Origin: an archaeon GW2011_AR5 | GTDB lineage: Archaea; Aenigmatarchaeota; Aenigmatarchaeia; GW2011-AR5 | Length of the DNA: 64,000 bases | Direction of reading: 5' to 3' | Assembly: GCA_000806115.1 (NCBI GenBank) | Contig: JWKQ01000002.1 | Location: 174,551-238,550, forward strand | Part shown: piece by piece, positions 54,558-62,778 of the stretch | Position numbering within the stretch: the stretch's first letter is position 1 | How the letters are laid out: every line of letters starts with the position of its first letter | Notes under the pieces: generated by a model | Told to the model about the DNA's origin: nothing | Database searches by the model: none | What the model saw: the letters and a program-made list of their open reading frames with translations, nothing else | Translations under genes and position numbers: made by a program

Positions 54558-56078
54558 ATGAAGATGAAAGCAAAGGTTCTCCCGTTGAACGCCGGCGGGA
54601 AGATGATAGGAATAATCAACGAGAAAGACGCCCTTGAGCTTGGCGTTCATCCGCTTGACAAGATAGTTATGACAAGGGGGCCGAAGAAAGCAACGCTCAC
54701 TGTCGACACAACCAAGAATTTTGTAAAGCGCGGCACGATCTTGCTCTACGACGATGTGAAAGAAGTCATGCATATCAGGAGCGGCGATGCAGTGCATGTC
54801 GAGCCGAGAATGCCGCTCGTGAGCAAGGCTTACATAAGGAAAAAAACTGACGGCAGAGAGCTAAGTTATCTGGAATTGAGGGCGATAGTAGACGACGTCA
54901 TAGCGCGCAATTTAAACGATCTGGAGCTTGCGTCCTTCATCACCGCGCTTCACATACACGGCTTAACACTTAACGAGAGCATTGATTTCTCCAAGGCTAT
55001 GATAGAAACCGGAAAGAGCCTTAAGTTTCCGGGCACGGTAGTCGACAAGCATTCCATAGGCGGTGTGCCGGGGGACAAAACCTCGATGCTGGTGGTGCCG
55101 ATAATTGCCGCTTCCGGACTTACAATACCGAAAACATCCTCGCGTTCCATAACATCGCCTTCCGGCACCGCTGACAGGATGGAAATACTTGCGCCTGTCG
55201 ATCTGCATATTGACGACATAAAGAGGGTTGTGAAGAGAACGAAAGGATGTCTGGTATGGGGAGGATCTGTCGACATCGCCCCGGCAGATGATCTTTTCAT
55301 ACGCATAGAGCACCCGCTCGGCCTTGACCCGCTGCTCCTGCCGTCGGTGATGAGCAAGAAAAAATCCGTCGGGTGCAAGTATCTTGTGATAGACATACCG
55401 ACAGGTGATACAAAAATCCATACCAAAGAGGATGCGGAAAAACTGGCCCGTGATTTCATAGCAATGGGGAGGAGCCTAGGAATAAAGGTTGACTGCGCAA
55501 TCACGCGCGGAGACCAGCCTGTAGGCTACGCCGTCGGTCCGGCTTTGGAGGCAAGGGAGGCGCTGGAGGTTATCATGAACGTGCAACAGACTGACGCCAA
55601 AGGCGTCGTGCAACGCAGCGACGTCTTCGACAAAGCGGCCTCGGTAGCAGGCGTACTGCTCAGAATGGCAGGCAAAGGTAACAAGAAAATAGCGGAGCTT
55701 ATGATAAAAAGCGGAAAAGCTGAAAAGAAGCTGCGGGAAATAATAGATGCGCAGGGCGGGAATCCTGGCGTGAAACCTGGGGATATAGAAGTCGGCGCCT
55801 TCAGCTTCAGGGTACGTTCGAAAACCGGCGGAACTGTTTCAACCATCAGCAACGCAGCGCTTGTCGAAATCTGCCGCACTTCCGGCACGCCGAAAGACCG
55901 CGGCGCAGGCGTTCTTCTGAACAAGAAGATCGGTGATCCGGTGCGCAGGGGAGAAGTTCTCTTCACAATTTTTGCTGAGAAGCGCCGGAAGCTGAACTCT
56001 GCGGTAAAAACTTCAAAATCCTGCGAGGTGTACGGAATTCTGACGGGAAAAAGAAGCATGCTTGTTGAGACTGTGTGA
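54558..56078 (+). CDS. AMP phosphorylase
   Basis: DKHSIGGVPGDKT, PKTSSRSITSPSGTAD, IDIPTG, GPALEAREAL. Confidence 0.93.
   Translation: MKMKAKVLPLNAGGKMIGIINEKDALELGVHPLDKIVMTRGPKKATLTVDTTKNFVKRGTILLYDDVKEVMHIRSGDAVHVEPRMPLVSKAYIRKKTDGRELSYLELRAIVDDVIARNLNDLELASFITALHIHGLTLNESIDFSKAMIETGKSLKFPGTVVDKHSIGGVPGDKTSMLVVPIIAASGLTIPKTSSRSITSPSGTADRMEILAPVDLHIDDIKRVVKRTKGCLVWGGSVDIAPADDLFIRIEHPLGLDPLLLPSVMSKKKSVGCKYLVIDIPTGDTKIHTKEDAEKLARDFIAMGRSLGIKVDCAITRGDQPVGYAVGPALEAREALEVIMNVQQTDAKGVVQRSDVFDKAASVAGVLLRMAGKGNKKIAELMIKSGKAEKKLREIIDAQGGNPGVKPGDIEVGAFSFRVRSKTGGTVSTISNAALVEICRTSGTPKDRGAGVLLNKKIGDPVRRGEVLFTIFAEKRRKLNSAVKTSKSCEVYGILTGKRSMLVETV
55579..55625 (+). repeat. Family B element in frame in AMP phosphorylase
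   Basis: GCAACAGACT-GACGCC-AAA-GGCGTC-GTGCAA, encoding VQQTDAKGVVQRS. Confidence 0.8.
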
Positions 56079-57244
56079 TTATAATGAAAAAATTTCTCCT
56101 GATTATAATTGACGGCGGCGCAGAGGACTGCCTGACACGCCGCTCTGCCGGGAGCGCATTCGCGAAAGCCAAAAAGCCGAATCTGGATTTGCTTGCTTCG
56201 AACAGCGCATGCGGCTTGTGGACAGGTCCTCATGCGCCGCACTACAATCCAAGAAGCCTGTCGAGCGTCGCGACGCTGGAAATACTTGGCTACAGCTGGC
56301 GCGACGAACCGGGTCGCGGGTATCTGGAAGCTCTTGGCATAGGGATTAAGCTGAGGAAAGGCGACGTTTGCATCCGTGGGAATTTTGCGACCGTGTCGGA
56401 CAAAATAAGGGACAGACGTGCGGGGCGCGATGAGAAGGGACTTGACAGGATGGTAAAAGACCTCAACAAAAAGATAAAGTCCATAGACGGCGTAAAGACA
56501 ATGTTATACAGGGCGGTAAGCCACAGGTTGGTGCTTGTTTTGTCGGGAAAAGGAATTAGCCCACAGGTAAGCGACAGTGATGTCGGCAGTTCTCCGCAGA
56601 AAATAAAACCGCTGAACGGAAAAGGCAAAAAAACATCCGGCGTGCTTAACAAATACGTTGAAATGTCGCGCGAACTGCTTTTGAGTCATCCTGCAAACAG
56701 AAAACGAAGAATGCCTGCAAATTACATACTGTTCCGTTCAGCCGGCGCCGCCAGAAAAGTCGGGAGCTTTGCGTCAAAATACAGGATGAAGGCGTGTTCA
56801 ATAAGCGGGGTGAATATAATAAGAGGGACGTCAAAATATCTTGGCATAGATATCCTGCCTGCACCTCTCAGCCAGCTTGAAAACGACCTGCAGCTGCGGG
56901 CAAAAAAGGCGGTAGATGCACTGGAACGCTATGATTTTGTGATGCTTCATATAAACGGCGCCGACACGAAAGCTCATGACAAAGATTTTCATGGAAAGGT
57001 GAAATACATAGAGAAAATCGACAGCGACGTGTTTTCTCAGGTTGTCAAGCTGCGCCACATAAACATAGCAGTTATAAGCGACCATATAACAGATTCAAGG
57101 ACGGGCAACCACGTTTTCGGCCCTGTCCCGTTCCTGATTTACGCTTCAGAGGAGGATTCAGACGGCGGGAAATTTGACGAGAAATCTTGCAGCAACAGCT
57201 TTGTTGCTGATAATCCGATGAAAAAGATTCTTAGCGTTGCGTAG
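56075..57244 (+). CDS. apgM: Cofactor-independent phosphoglycerate mutase (ApgM family)
   Basis: IIDG, AKKPNLD, GRGYLEALGIG, RGNFAT, DRRAGR, D..AHD, SDH. Confidence 0.85.
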   Translation: MIIMKKFLLIIIDGGAEDCLTRRSAGSAFAKAKKPNLDLLASNSACGLWTGPHAPHYNPRSLSSVATLEILGYSWRDEPGRGYLEALGIGIKLRKGDVCIRGNFATVSDKIRDRRAGRDEKGLDRMVKDLNKKIKSIDGVKTMLYRAVSHRLVLVLSGKGISPQVSDSDVGSSPQKIKPLNGKGKKTSGVLNKYVEMSRELLLSHPANRKRRMPANYILFRSAGAARKVGSFASKYRMKACSISGVNIIRGTSKYLGIDILPAPLSQLENDLQLRAKKAVDALERYDFVMLHINGADTKAHDKDFHGKVKYIEKIDSDVFSQVVKLRHINIAVISDHITDSRTGNHVFGPVPFLIYASEEDSDGGKFDEKSCSNSFVADNPMKKILSVA

Positions 57245-57252
57245 GTGGATTC

Positions 57253-58041
57253 ATGTATGTAATAAAAGCCGGCGGAAAAAAGGAAGAATTTAGCGAGGAA
57301 AAAATAGTAAGGACTTGCATGAGATCCGGCGTCGCTCCTGACGATGCCAAAGCAATAGCCAAGAAAATATCATCCTCCATCCAGAATGGAGCTACTACCC
57401 ACAAAATATACACGATGATTCTTGACGAGCTGGACAAGTCGCACGCAGGCAGCTCCTTGTTCATGCTGCGCGAAGCCATAGCGAATCTTGACCCAATTAG
57501 CTTCGAGGTTTACGTGAAGAAGGTGCTGGAAGCCCATGGCTATCGCTGCACCTGGAACAAGCTGATAAAAGGCATGAATGTGGAACACCAGGTTGACGTG
57601 ATAGCCGCAAAAGAAAAAACCTTTCTTGTAGAGTGCAAGCGGCACTTCAATCCTCACAGGTTCACCGGGCTGAATATATGTCTGCAGGTCGAGGCGCGCC
57701 TTAACGACATAATGCTCGGAAGCAGGAACGGGAAGAACAATTATAAATTTGATGCGGCATGGGTGGTCACGAATACCAAGTTCTCGGACCATGCAAAGAT
57801 GTATGCGAAAGGGGTTGGCATACGCCTCACCGGGTGGGGATACGACCAGGATTTTGCCCTGGAGAAGCTGGTCCAGGAAAAGAAGGTGCTGCCGGTGACT
57901 GTCCTGAAAACCGACGTCTCAGTCCAGCGCGGGCTGCTCAACAAGAAAATCATAACGCTCCAGGACCTGATTAGCGAGAAACCCAAGATAGGTTCAAGAG
58001 ATTTGATATCGCAGGCAAAATCCATTCTGAGCAAGCTTTAG
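57253..58041 (+). CDS. ATP-cone + Mrr-like restriction endonuclease domain protein
   Basis: VIKAGGKKEEFSEEKI ATP cone; FE..V, HQVDV, VECKRH, VTNTKFS. Confidence 0.8.
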   Translation: MYVIKAGGKKEEFSEEKIVRTCMRSGVAPDDAKAIAKKISSSIQNGATTHKIYTMILDELDKSHAGSSLFMLREAIANLDPISFEVYVKKVLEAHGYRCTWNKLIKGMNVEHQVDVIAAKEKTFLVECKRHFNPHRFTGLNICLQVEARLNDIMLGSRNGKNNYKFDAAWVVTNTKFSDHAKMYAKGVGIRLTGWGYDQDFALEKLVQEKKVLPVTVLKTDVSVQRGLLNKKIITLQDLISEKPKIGSRDLISQAKSILSKL

Positions 58042-58116
58042 CACTGCCGTAGAAACATATATTAGGCGCTTTTTCAGATTAACTTTAAATACAGCTCTCA
58101 GTGAATAGATAATCTG

Positions 58117-58255
58117 TTATGAAGATCAGAGCTTCATCCATTCTGTGTGATTAGTGTTTTCATTGGATTAGTTTGAGCTCTGGCTGTGGAGAATCTCAGG
58201 CTTAAGACCACGTCTTAAGTTGGTGTCCTTTGTGATACCTTAATGAGCTCTGAAT
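58117..58255 (+). ncRNA. Candidate structured/box C/D-like small RNA
   Basis: TTTAAA box ~30 nt upstream, ATGAAGA (C-like) at 58119, CTGA (D) at 58250, TCAGAGCT/AGCTCTGA pairing; no ORF. Confidence 0.35.
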
Positions 58256-58265
58256 CGGCCGGAGT

Positions 58266-59168
58266 TTAAGTTTTTATTTTCTCAAGAAGCTCGCAAGCCT
58301 TGCAAATTTCATGCGCAGCAGGCTCGCCGCACCTGGTGCATTTTACCGGGACGCTTTCCGTGCCGATAGTCGGGAGTTTTCTGTAGAAGCTTATTATGTT
58401 GCTTTTTGTGCCGGGATATTTCTGCTCCATTTCATTGAGCATGCCTTGCACGTCCCGCCGCGCGTTGTTGAATGAATTGGGACATTCCCCGTCAAAGTAT
58501 GGTATGTTGTTTAGTATGGCATAAGCTACGATTTCCTTTTCCGGGATATTTTTCATCGGCTTTATGCGGCGGACGAAATGTTCCGACGTTTTTGCGAGGC
58601 GCGCCATCCGGGTGACGTCGCCGCGCATCACGTTCATTAGCACGCTCTGAGCCTCGTCGTCAAGATTGTGCCCGACGGCAAGCTTTGTGGCGCTGACCTC
58701 CCGCGCTGCCTTGTTAAGGAGGGTTCTTCGGAAAACGCCGCAGTAGGTGCATGACTTGATTGAAGGGTCGTTTTTGACAAGATTGTCTATAGTAACGTCA
58801 AATTCATTTTCAAATGAAAATATACGGTGTTCTATGTCCATGGCTTTTACAAACTCATTTACCTTCGCCATGCTCCTGTCCCTGTAGCCGTCAATGCCTT
58901 CGTCGATGGTCACTGCAACCAGTTTTATTGGCAGCTTCTCGGAAAGTTTCTTCATTAGATGAAGCAGCACCATCGAGTCCTTCCCGCCGCTCACCCCTAC
59001 AGCCACCGTGTCGTTCTTCTCGAGCATTTTCCCCTTGGACACTGTTTTCTCGAATTGCCTTTCTGTTTGTCTGCTTAAGCATGCAGGACAGTAATGCACC
59101 CCTTCCTGCACACGGAAGTAAACAGCCTCGCGTCCGCATTTGCAAGAAGCGCTTTGAGTATTTTCCAT
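58266..59168 (-). CDS. tRNA 2-thiolation protein (TtuA/NcsA family)
   Basis: SGGKDS PP-loop, CTYCGVFRR, GHNLDDEAQ, terminal Zn fingers. Confidence 0.9.
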   Translation of the reverse strand: MENTQSASCKCGREAVYFRVQEGVHYCPACLSRQTERQFEKTVSKGKMLEKNDTVAVGVSGGKDSMVLLHLMKKLSEKLPIKLVAVTIDEGIDGYRDRSMAKVNEFVKAMDIEHRIFSFENEFDVTIDNLVKNDPSIKSCTYCGVFRRTLLNKAAREVSATKLAVGHNLDDEAQSVLMNVMRGDVTRMARLAKTSEHFVRRIKPMKNIPEKEIVAYAILNNIPYFDGECPNSFNNARRDVQGMLNEMEQKYPGTKSNIISFYRKLPTIGTESVPVKCTRCGEPAAHEICKACELLEKIKT

Positions 59169-59171
59169 AAT

Positions 59172-59360
59172 TTAGCCGCCTGAAATGACTGTAATAGTCT
59201 CTATGGAATCCCCGTCGCCCAGCTTCATATCATGGGGAATAAGCCTGCTTTCCCTTTTCACAAGAACCGTTTCGGAGTTGATTTTTGCCGCGCCAAGGAC
59301 ATCAAAAACTGTTGAGTTGTCTTCCACTTCATAATTCTTGCCGTTGAGGATTATTTTCAT
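59172..59360 (-). CDS. ThiS/MoaD-like sulfur carrier
   Basis: Ubiquitin-like, ends ISGG; adjacent to TtuA. Confidence 0.88.
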   Translation of the reverse strand: MKIILNGKNYEVEDNSTVFDVLGAAKINSETVLVKRESRLIPHDMKLGDGDSIETITVISGG

Positions 59361-59394
59361 TTTAAAGGTTACTGCTGTAACACATTAAAAGGAA

Positions 59395-59505
59395 GCCGAC
59401 GTCGCATAGCTTGGTATTGCACCAGAGTATTAGTTACGGCTAATAAGGTGATTCTCGAAAACTGGCGTCCGAAAGGACTTGCAGGTTCAAATCCTGCCGT
59501 CGGCG
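59395..59505 (+). tRNA. tRNA-Ser(CGA) with intron at 30/31 (59426-59452)
   Basis: GCCGACG/CGTCGGC; CCAG|T-CT-CGA-AA-ACTGG; long variable arm; BHB CACC/GGTG. Confidence 0.88.
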
Positions 59506-59546
59506 CTTCTTCTTTATTTTAAGAATTCATCAAAACAACTATTTTC

Positions 59547-59912
59547 ATGGTAAATTGGAAAGCAGTTTTGGTAGGAGCCGTTGCTTTCATCGTCCTTACC
59601 ATAGTGCTCTCGTTGGCGCATCCGGTTCTCGGATTCGTCGGCGGAATACTTGGCGGACTGATAGCTGCATGGGTTGCCAAATCGAAGAGCGTAACAGACG
59701 GACTTGTTGTCGGTCTTCTGGCAGGTCTCATCGGAGGGCTCGTTGAGGGAATAATACTCGGCGTGCTTTTCGCAGCAGTCGGCGGGGCACTTGGACTTGG
59801 CGGATTCGGCACAGCGCTTGGCGTTGTAGCCGTGGTTGCTGCGGCAATCGCAGGCCTGGTTCTTGGGCTCATCGGCGGTGTCATCGGCTCATTTCTCGTG
59901 AAGAAAAAATAG
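59547..59912 (+). CDS. Gly-rich small membrane protein (DUF5518-like)
   Basis: NWKAVLVG..GGLIA..G.IGG.IG. Confidence 0.7.
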   Translation: MVNWKAVLVGAVAFIVLTIVLSLAHPVLGFVGGILGGLIAAWVAKSKSVTDGLVVGLLAGLIGGLVEGIILGVLFAAVGGALGLGGFGTALGVVAVVAAAIAGLVLGLIGGVIGSFLVKKK

Positions 59913-60013
59913 GGTGCATTAATTGCGCCTTCTTTTTGATTTTTCTTTTTCGTTTTCATCTTTTCTAGAAGAATTTCTATTTTAATTCTTTGGAAGAATA
60001 GGAATCATAAGAT

Positions 60014-60130
60014 GCCGGCGTGGCAGAGCTTGGTAAATGCGCTAGCCTTGAGAGCTAGAGTGCCTTTGGCACATGCAGGTAATTGATTAGTCTCGGCTAA
60101 TCGATCTGAATTCAAATCCTGCCGCCGGCG
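60014..60130 (+). tRNA. tRNA-Ser(TGA) with T-loop intron (~60081-60111)
   Basis: GCCGGCG/CGCCGGC; CTAGC-CTTGAGA-GCTAG; GCAGG-T|..|TCAAAT-CCTGC. Confidence 0.88.
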
Positions 60131-60360
60131 CTTATACTTATGAAAATTGAAGTATGGTTGGCACGGAAGCCTGACAGGAAAGCGTTTGTTAACCTTGGAA
60201 ATTTTCTTCTTCAAGAGCCTGAAAAAGTGATTTCTTCGTAGTTTTGTGCTAACAAAATCTTTATTAACGGGGTTCAGCCATTTATACAAAGGAGAATTAC
60301 GCGGAAATTACGCCATACACTAAAAATTTCCGTGAATTCCATATATGGAGGAATAAAAAA

Positions 60361-60990
60361 ATGGTGTTAGTCGACATCTTAGGCGAACTAACAACGAACA
60401 CAGTGTCGTTCCTTCCGAACCTTGTGGCTGCGGTAATACTACTTGTAATCGGACTCGTAGTCGGCAAGGTTGTCGGCAGGGTTGTCAAGGAAGTCCTCGA
60501 AAGAGTGAAGCTGGACTACTACATAACAGAGACGCACAAACCGGCGATAAGCGTTTCTAACCTGTTCTCTGTTATAGCAAAGTGGTGGATATACCTCGCA
60601 TTCATAACCGCCGCGTTGTCCAGGGAAGTACTTGGCGTAACGGCGCTGTCCTTGTGGATCGCCGACATCAACGCCTTCATACCAAGAATAATCGGAGCCG
60701 CAGTCATCATGGTTGTCGGCTACGTGCTGGCAGAATACATCAAGAGCCATCTTAGGAAGACAAACAGCCTGTACGCGATACTGGTCGGCAAGACATTGTT
60801 CTTCTTTGTCTTGTACGTCTCGATTGCGCTCGCGCTGCCTATCCTGGGGATATCAGCAAGCCTCGTGAACAACATCTTGCTGGTAATCATAGCATCAGTG
60901 GGCCTTGGTTTCGCGCTGGCATTCGGTCTTGGTGCGAAAGAAGCGTTTGCTGACGTATCGAAGAGATGGGTCAGAAAGCTCAAAATTTAG
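60361..60990 (+). CDS. TM-helix repeat protein (mechanosensitive channel-associated family)
   Basis: FLPNLVAAVILLVIG, FIPRIIGA, ALAFGLG. Confidence 0.8.
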   Translation: MVLVDILGELTTNTVSFLPNLVAAVILLVIGLVVGKVVGRVVKEVLERVKLDYYITETHKPAISVSNLFSVIAKWWIYLAFITAALSREVLGVTALSLWIADINAFIPRIIGAAVIMVVGYVLAEYIKSHLRKTNSLYAILVGKTLFFFVLYVSIALALPILGISASLVNNILLVIIASVGLGFALAFGLGAKEAFADVSKRWVRKLKI

Positions 60991-61041
60991 AGATTTTTTC
61001 TTTTAACTCTAATTTTTATTTTTCTTAGTTGAACTAGTTCT

Positions 61042-61662
61042 ATGAATGTCTATACAGTCAGGGCTCCTGGATACGGAGTCGGTAAAAAGCCCGATGCGAA
61101 AAAGATAGGCACAAAGATAGACACAGTTATCAAGAGGCATTTTTCAGGAAGGCGCGTGGCAATCCGCTGTCTCGGCTCCCAAGAACATAGGGGAAAGACC
61201 GCCGACGATTTGGTTGAAACTTCGCATTCCACTGCTTTCAAGCAGTGGTTCAAAAGCAGTGAATGCGAATTGCTCAAGGATTCATAAATTTCAGCAAGCC
61301 ACCGTCTTTAGACGGTGGTCCTTGACATAATAAGGAAGCTCGGAACCGACAGGTACAGCCCTAAAAGAGAGGACGAAAAATACGGGAACGCGGAGGGCAG
61401 GCATATTGATATCTTCGCGCTTGACTTCAGGATTGGTCCCAAAGGAAGATATATGGAGAATTTCATAGAGCCTTTTTACACGTATCCGAAACAGGAAGGC
61501 AGGAAACCGGTAAGGATAGACGTTATAATAATCTATGACTTGTCAAAGCTGAAGCGCGTGCCGCATCGTTACGAAGGAAGGGAAGACATAAAGAGGGACG
61601 GGTTTGTATTCAGGTGTCCCGATAAGAAAGACGCGCTGCTCGGAATAATCAAGGTGCTTTAA
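61042..61662 (+). pseudogene. Hypothetical gene interrupted by a 108-bp mini-element
   Basis: ORFs 61042-61287 and 61315-61662 are in the same frame; removing 108 bp joins ..TADDLV(E/D)IIRKLGTDRY.. Confidence 0.75.
61219..61326 (+). mobile_element. IS200/IS605-type non-autonomous mini-element
   Basis: Follows TTGAA; left palindrome CCACTGCTT-TC-AAGCAGTGG; right end AAG-CCACCGTC-TTTA-GACGGTGG-TCCTTGAC. Confidence 0.72.
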
Positions 61663-61689
61663 TATGTTTTCTAATAATTTTAACAAAAC

Positions 61690-61791
61690 GCGATGGTAGT
61701 CTAGCCGGTAGGACACGACCTTGCCAAGGTTGAGATTTGCGCTGTATTGCAGCGCATCCGACATACCCGGGTTCGAATCCCGGCCGTCGCA
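61690..61791 (+). tRNA. tRNA-Gly(GCC) with variable-loop intron (61735-61764)
   Basis: GCGATGG/CCGTCGC-A; CGACC-TTGCCAA-GGTTG; BHB GTTG/CGAC. Confidence 0.88.
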
Positions 61792-61821
61792 TTCTATTTA
61801 AATCGCGGGCGATAAGTAAAA

Positions 61822-62283
61822 TTGGTTGCTATGTTTTTCTCAAAGGACAGGAAGGAGCTCCGGGACATAAAGGAGATTATGGACCAGGACGAGGAGATGC
61901 CGGTTCCCGTTGCGCCCCAGATGCCGCCTTCTGTGCAACTAAGGGAAAAGGAGAGCGCGGCGCCGCTTTTCGTAAAAGTGGACAAGTACCGCGACATTAT
62001 TTCCAGCATTCACGAGATGAAGCTTTACGTTTCCAGCACCAAGCAGGTTTTCTCCGTTTTGCAGGAGATAGAATCCCTCCGCAGCGAAACCCTGAACGTG
62101 CTCCGCACCACCATGCAGCGCCTTGAGAGGAGCGTCATAGAAATGGACGCCGAGCTGCTGCGCCCGCAGGGCGTCACGATGACCGAGGAGAAAAGCTCGG
62201 AGGTAACGCATATCGAGTCGTCCCTGACGGATCTCCAGAAGCAGCTCCTTGATTTGAAACGCGAACTGCAGGGCATGAAATAA
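61822..62283 (+). CDS. Coiled-coil hypothetical protein
   Basis: APLFVKVDKYRDI motif followed by heptads. Confidence 0.7.
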   Translation: MVAMFFSKDRKELRDIKEIMDQDEEMPVPVAPQMPPSVQLREKESAAPLFVKVDKYRDIISSIHEMKLYVSSTKQVFSVLQEIESLRSETLNVLRTTMQRLERSVIEMDAELLRPQGVTMTEEKSSEVTHIESSLTDLQKQLLDLKRELQGMK

Positions 62284-62334
62284 GCCCACGATTTTACATA
62301 TTATTAATATCTTGTTTCTCAACTAGTTACTCAC

Positions 62335-62534
62335 GCGAGGGTAGCCAAGTCTGGTCAAACCCTTTTACTCAAGGGGTCACGGAAAAAGGCGCAAGGTCGC
62401 TTGAGTTATGAAGAGCATAGCTCAATGATTACGAAACTCAAGTATAACCAACGAAAATTATCCTTTGGTCTTTAGAGACTATTGAGATATCTTGTCGGTT
62501 AGTCCGTTCGGCGGTTCGAATCCGCCCTCTCGCA
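62335..62534 (+). tRNA. tRNA-Leu(CAA) with three introns (D loop ~62359-62385; 30/31 at 62396-62435; 37/38 at 62443-62488)
   Basis: GCGAGGG/CTCTCGC-A; CAAG|A-CT-CAA-G|A-TCTTG; BHB CTCA/TGAG; long variable arm. Confidence 0.85.
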
Positions 62535-62631
62535 TCGATGGAATTCGAACCTCGGTTCGCGTTCGATTGAGCGCAGCTCATCGACGGCTTGGTTTCGGTT
62601 TCCGAAACCACAGCAATCCGCCCTCTCGCAT
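62519..62631 (+). repeat. 17-bp direct repeat of the tRNA-Leu 3' end enclosing a hairpin-rich 79-bp insert
   Basis: AATCCGCCCTCTCGCAT at 62519-62535 and 62615-62631. Confidence 0.8.
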
Positions 62632-62778
62632 ATTCTGCCCGCCGCAAGGCGGAGCCTTTTTAAGCCTTTCTATTATACTAACTTAGAAGTAGTAACATCA
62701 CATCTTCCTTACGAGAGCATTACCAGGAAGATGGGATCCCGAATGCGCAAACGCATTCAAGATCATGGACGTGGTACG

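Noticed and set aside
60292-60340. Bulged hairpin GAATTACGCGGAAATT/AATTTCCGTGAATTC as a Family A unit
   Set aside because: Similar shape but lacks the TATAG/CTATA ends and stem sequence; cannot be assigned
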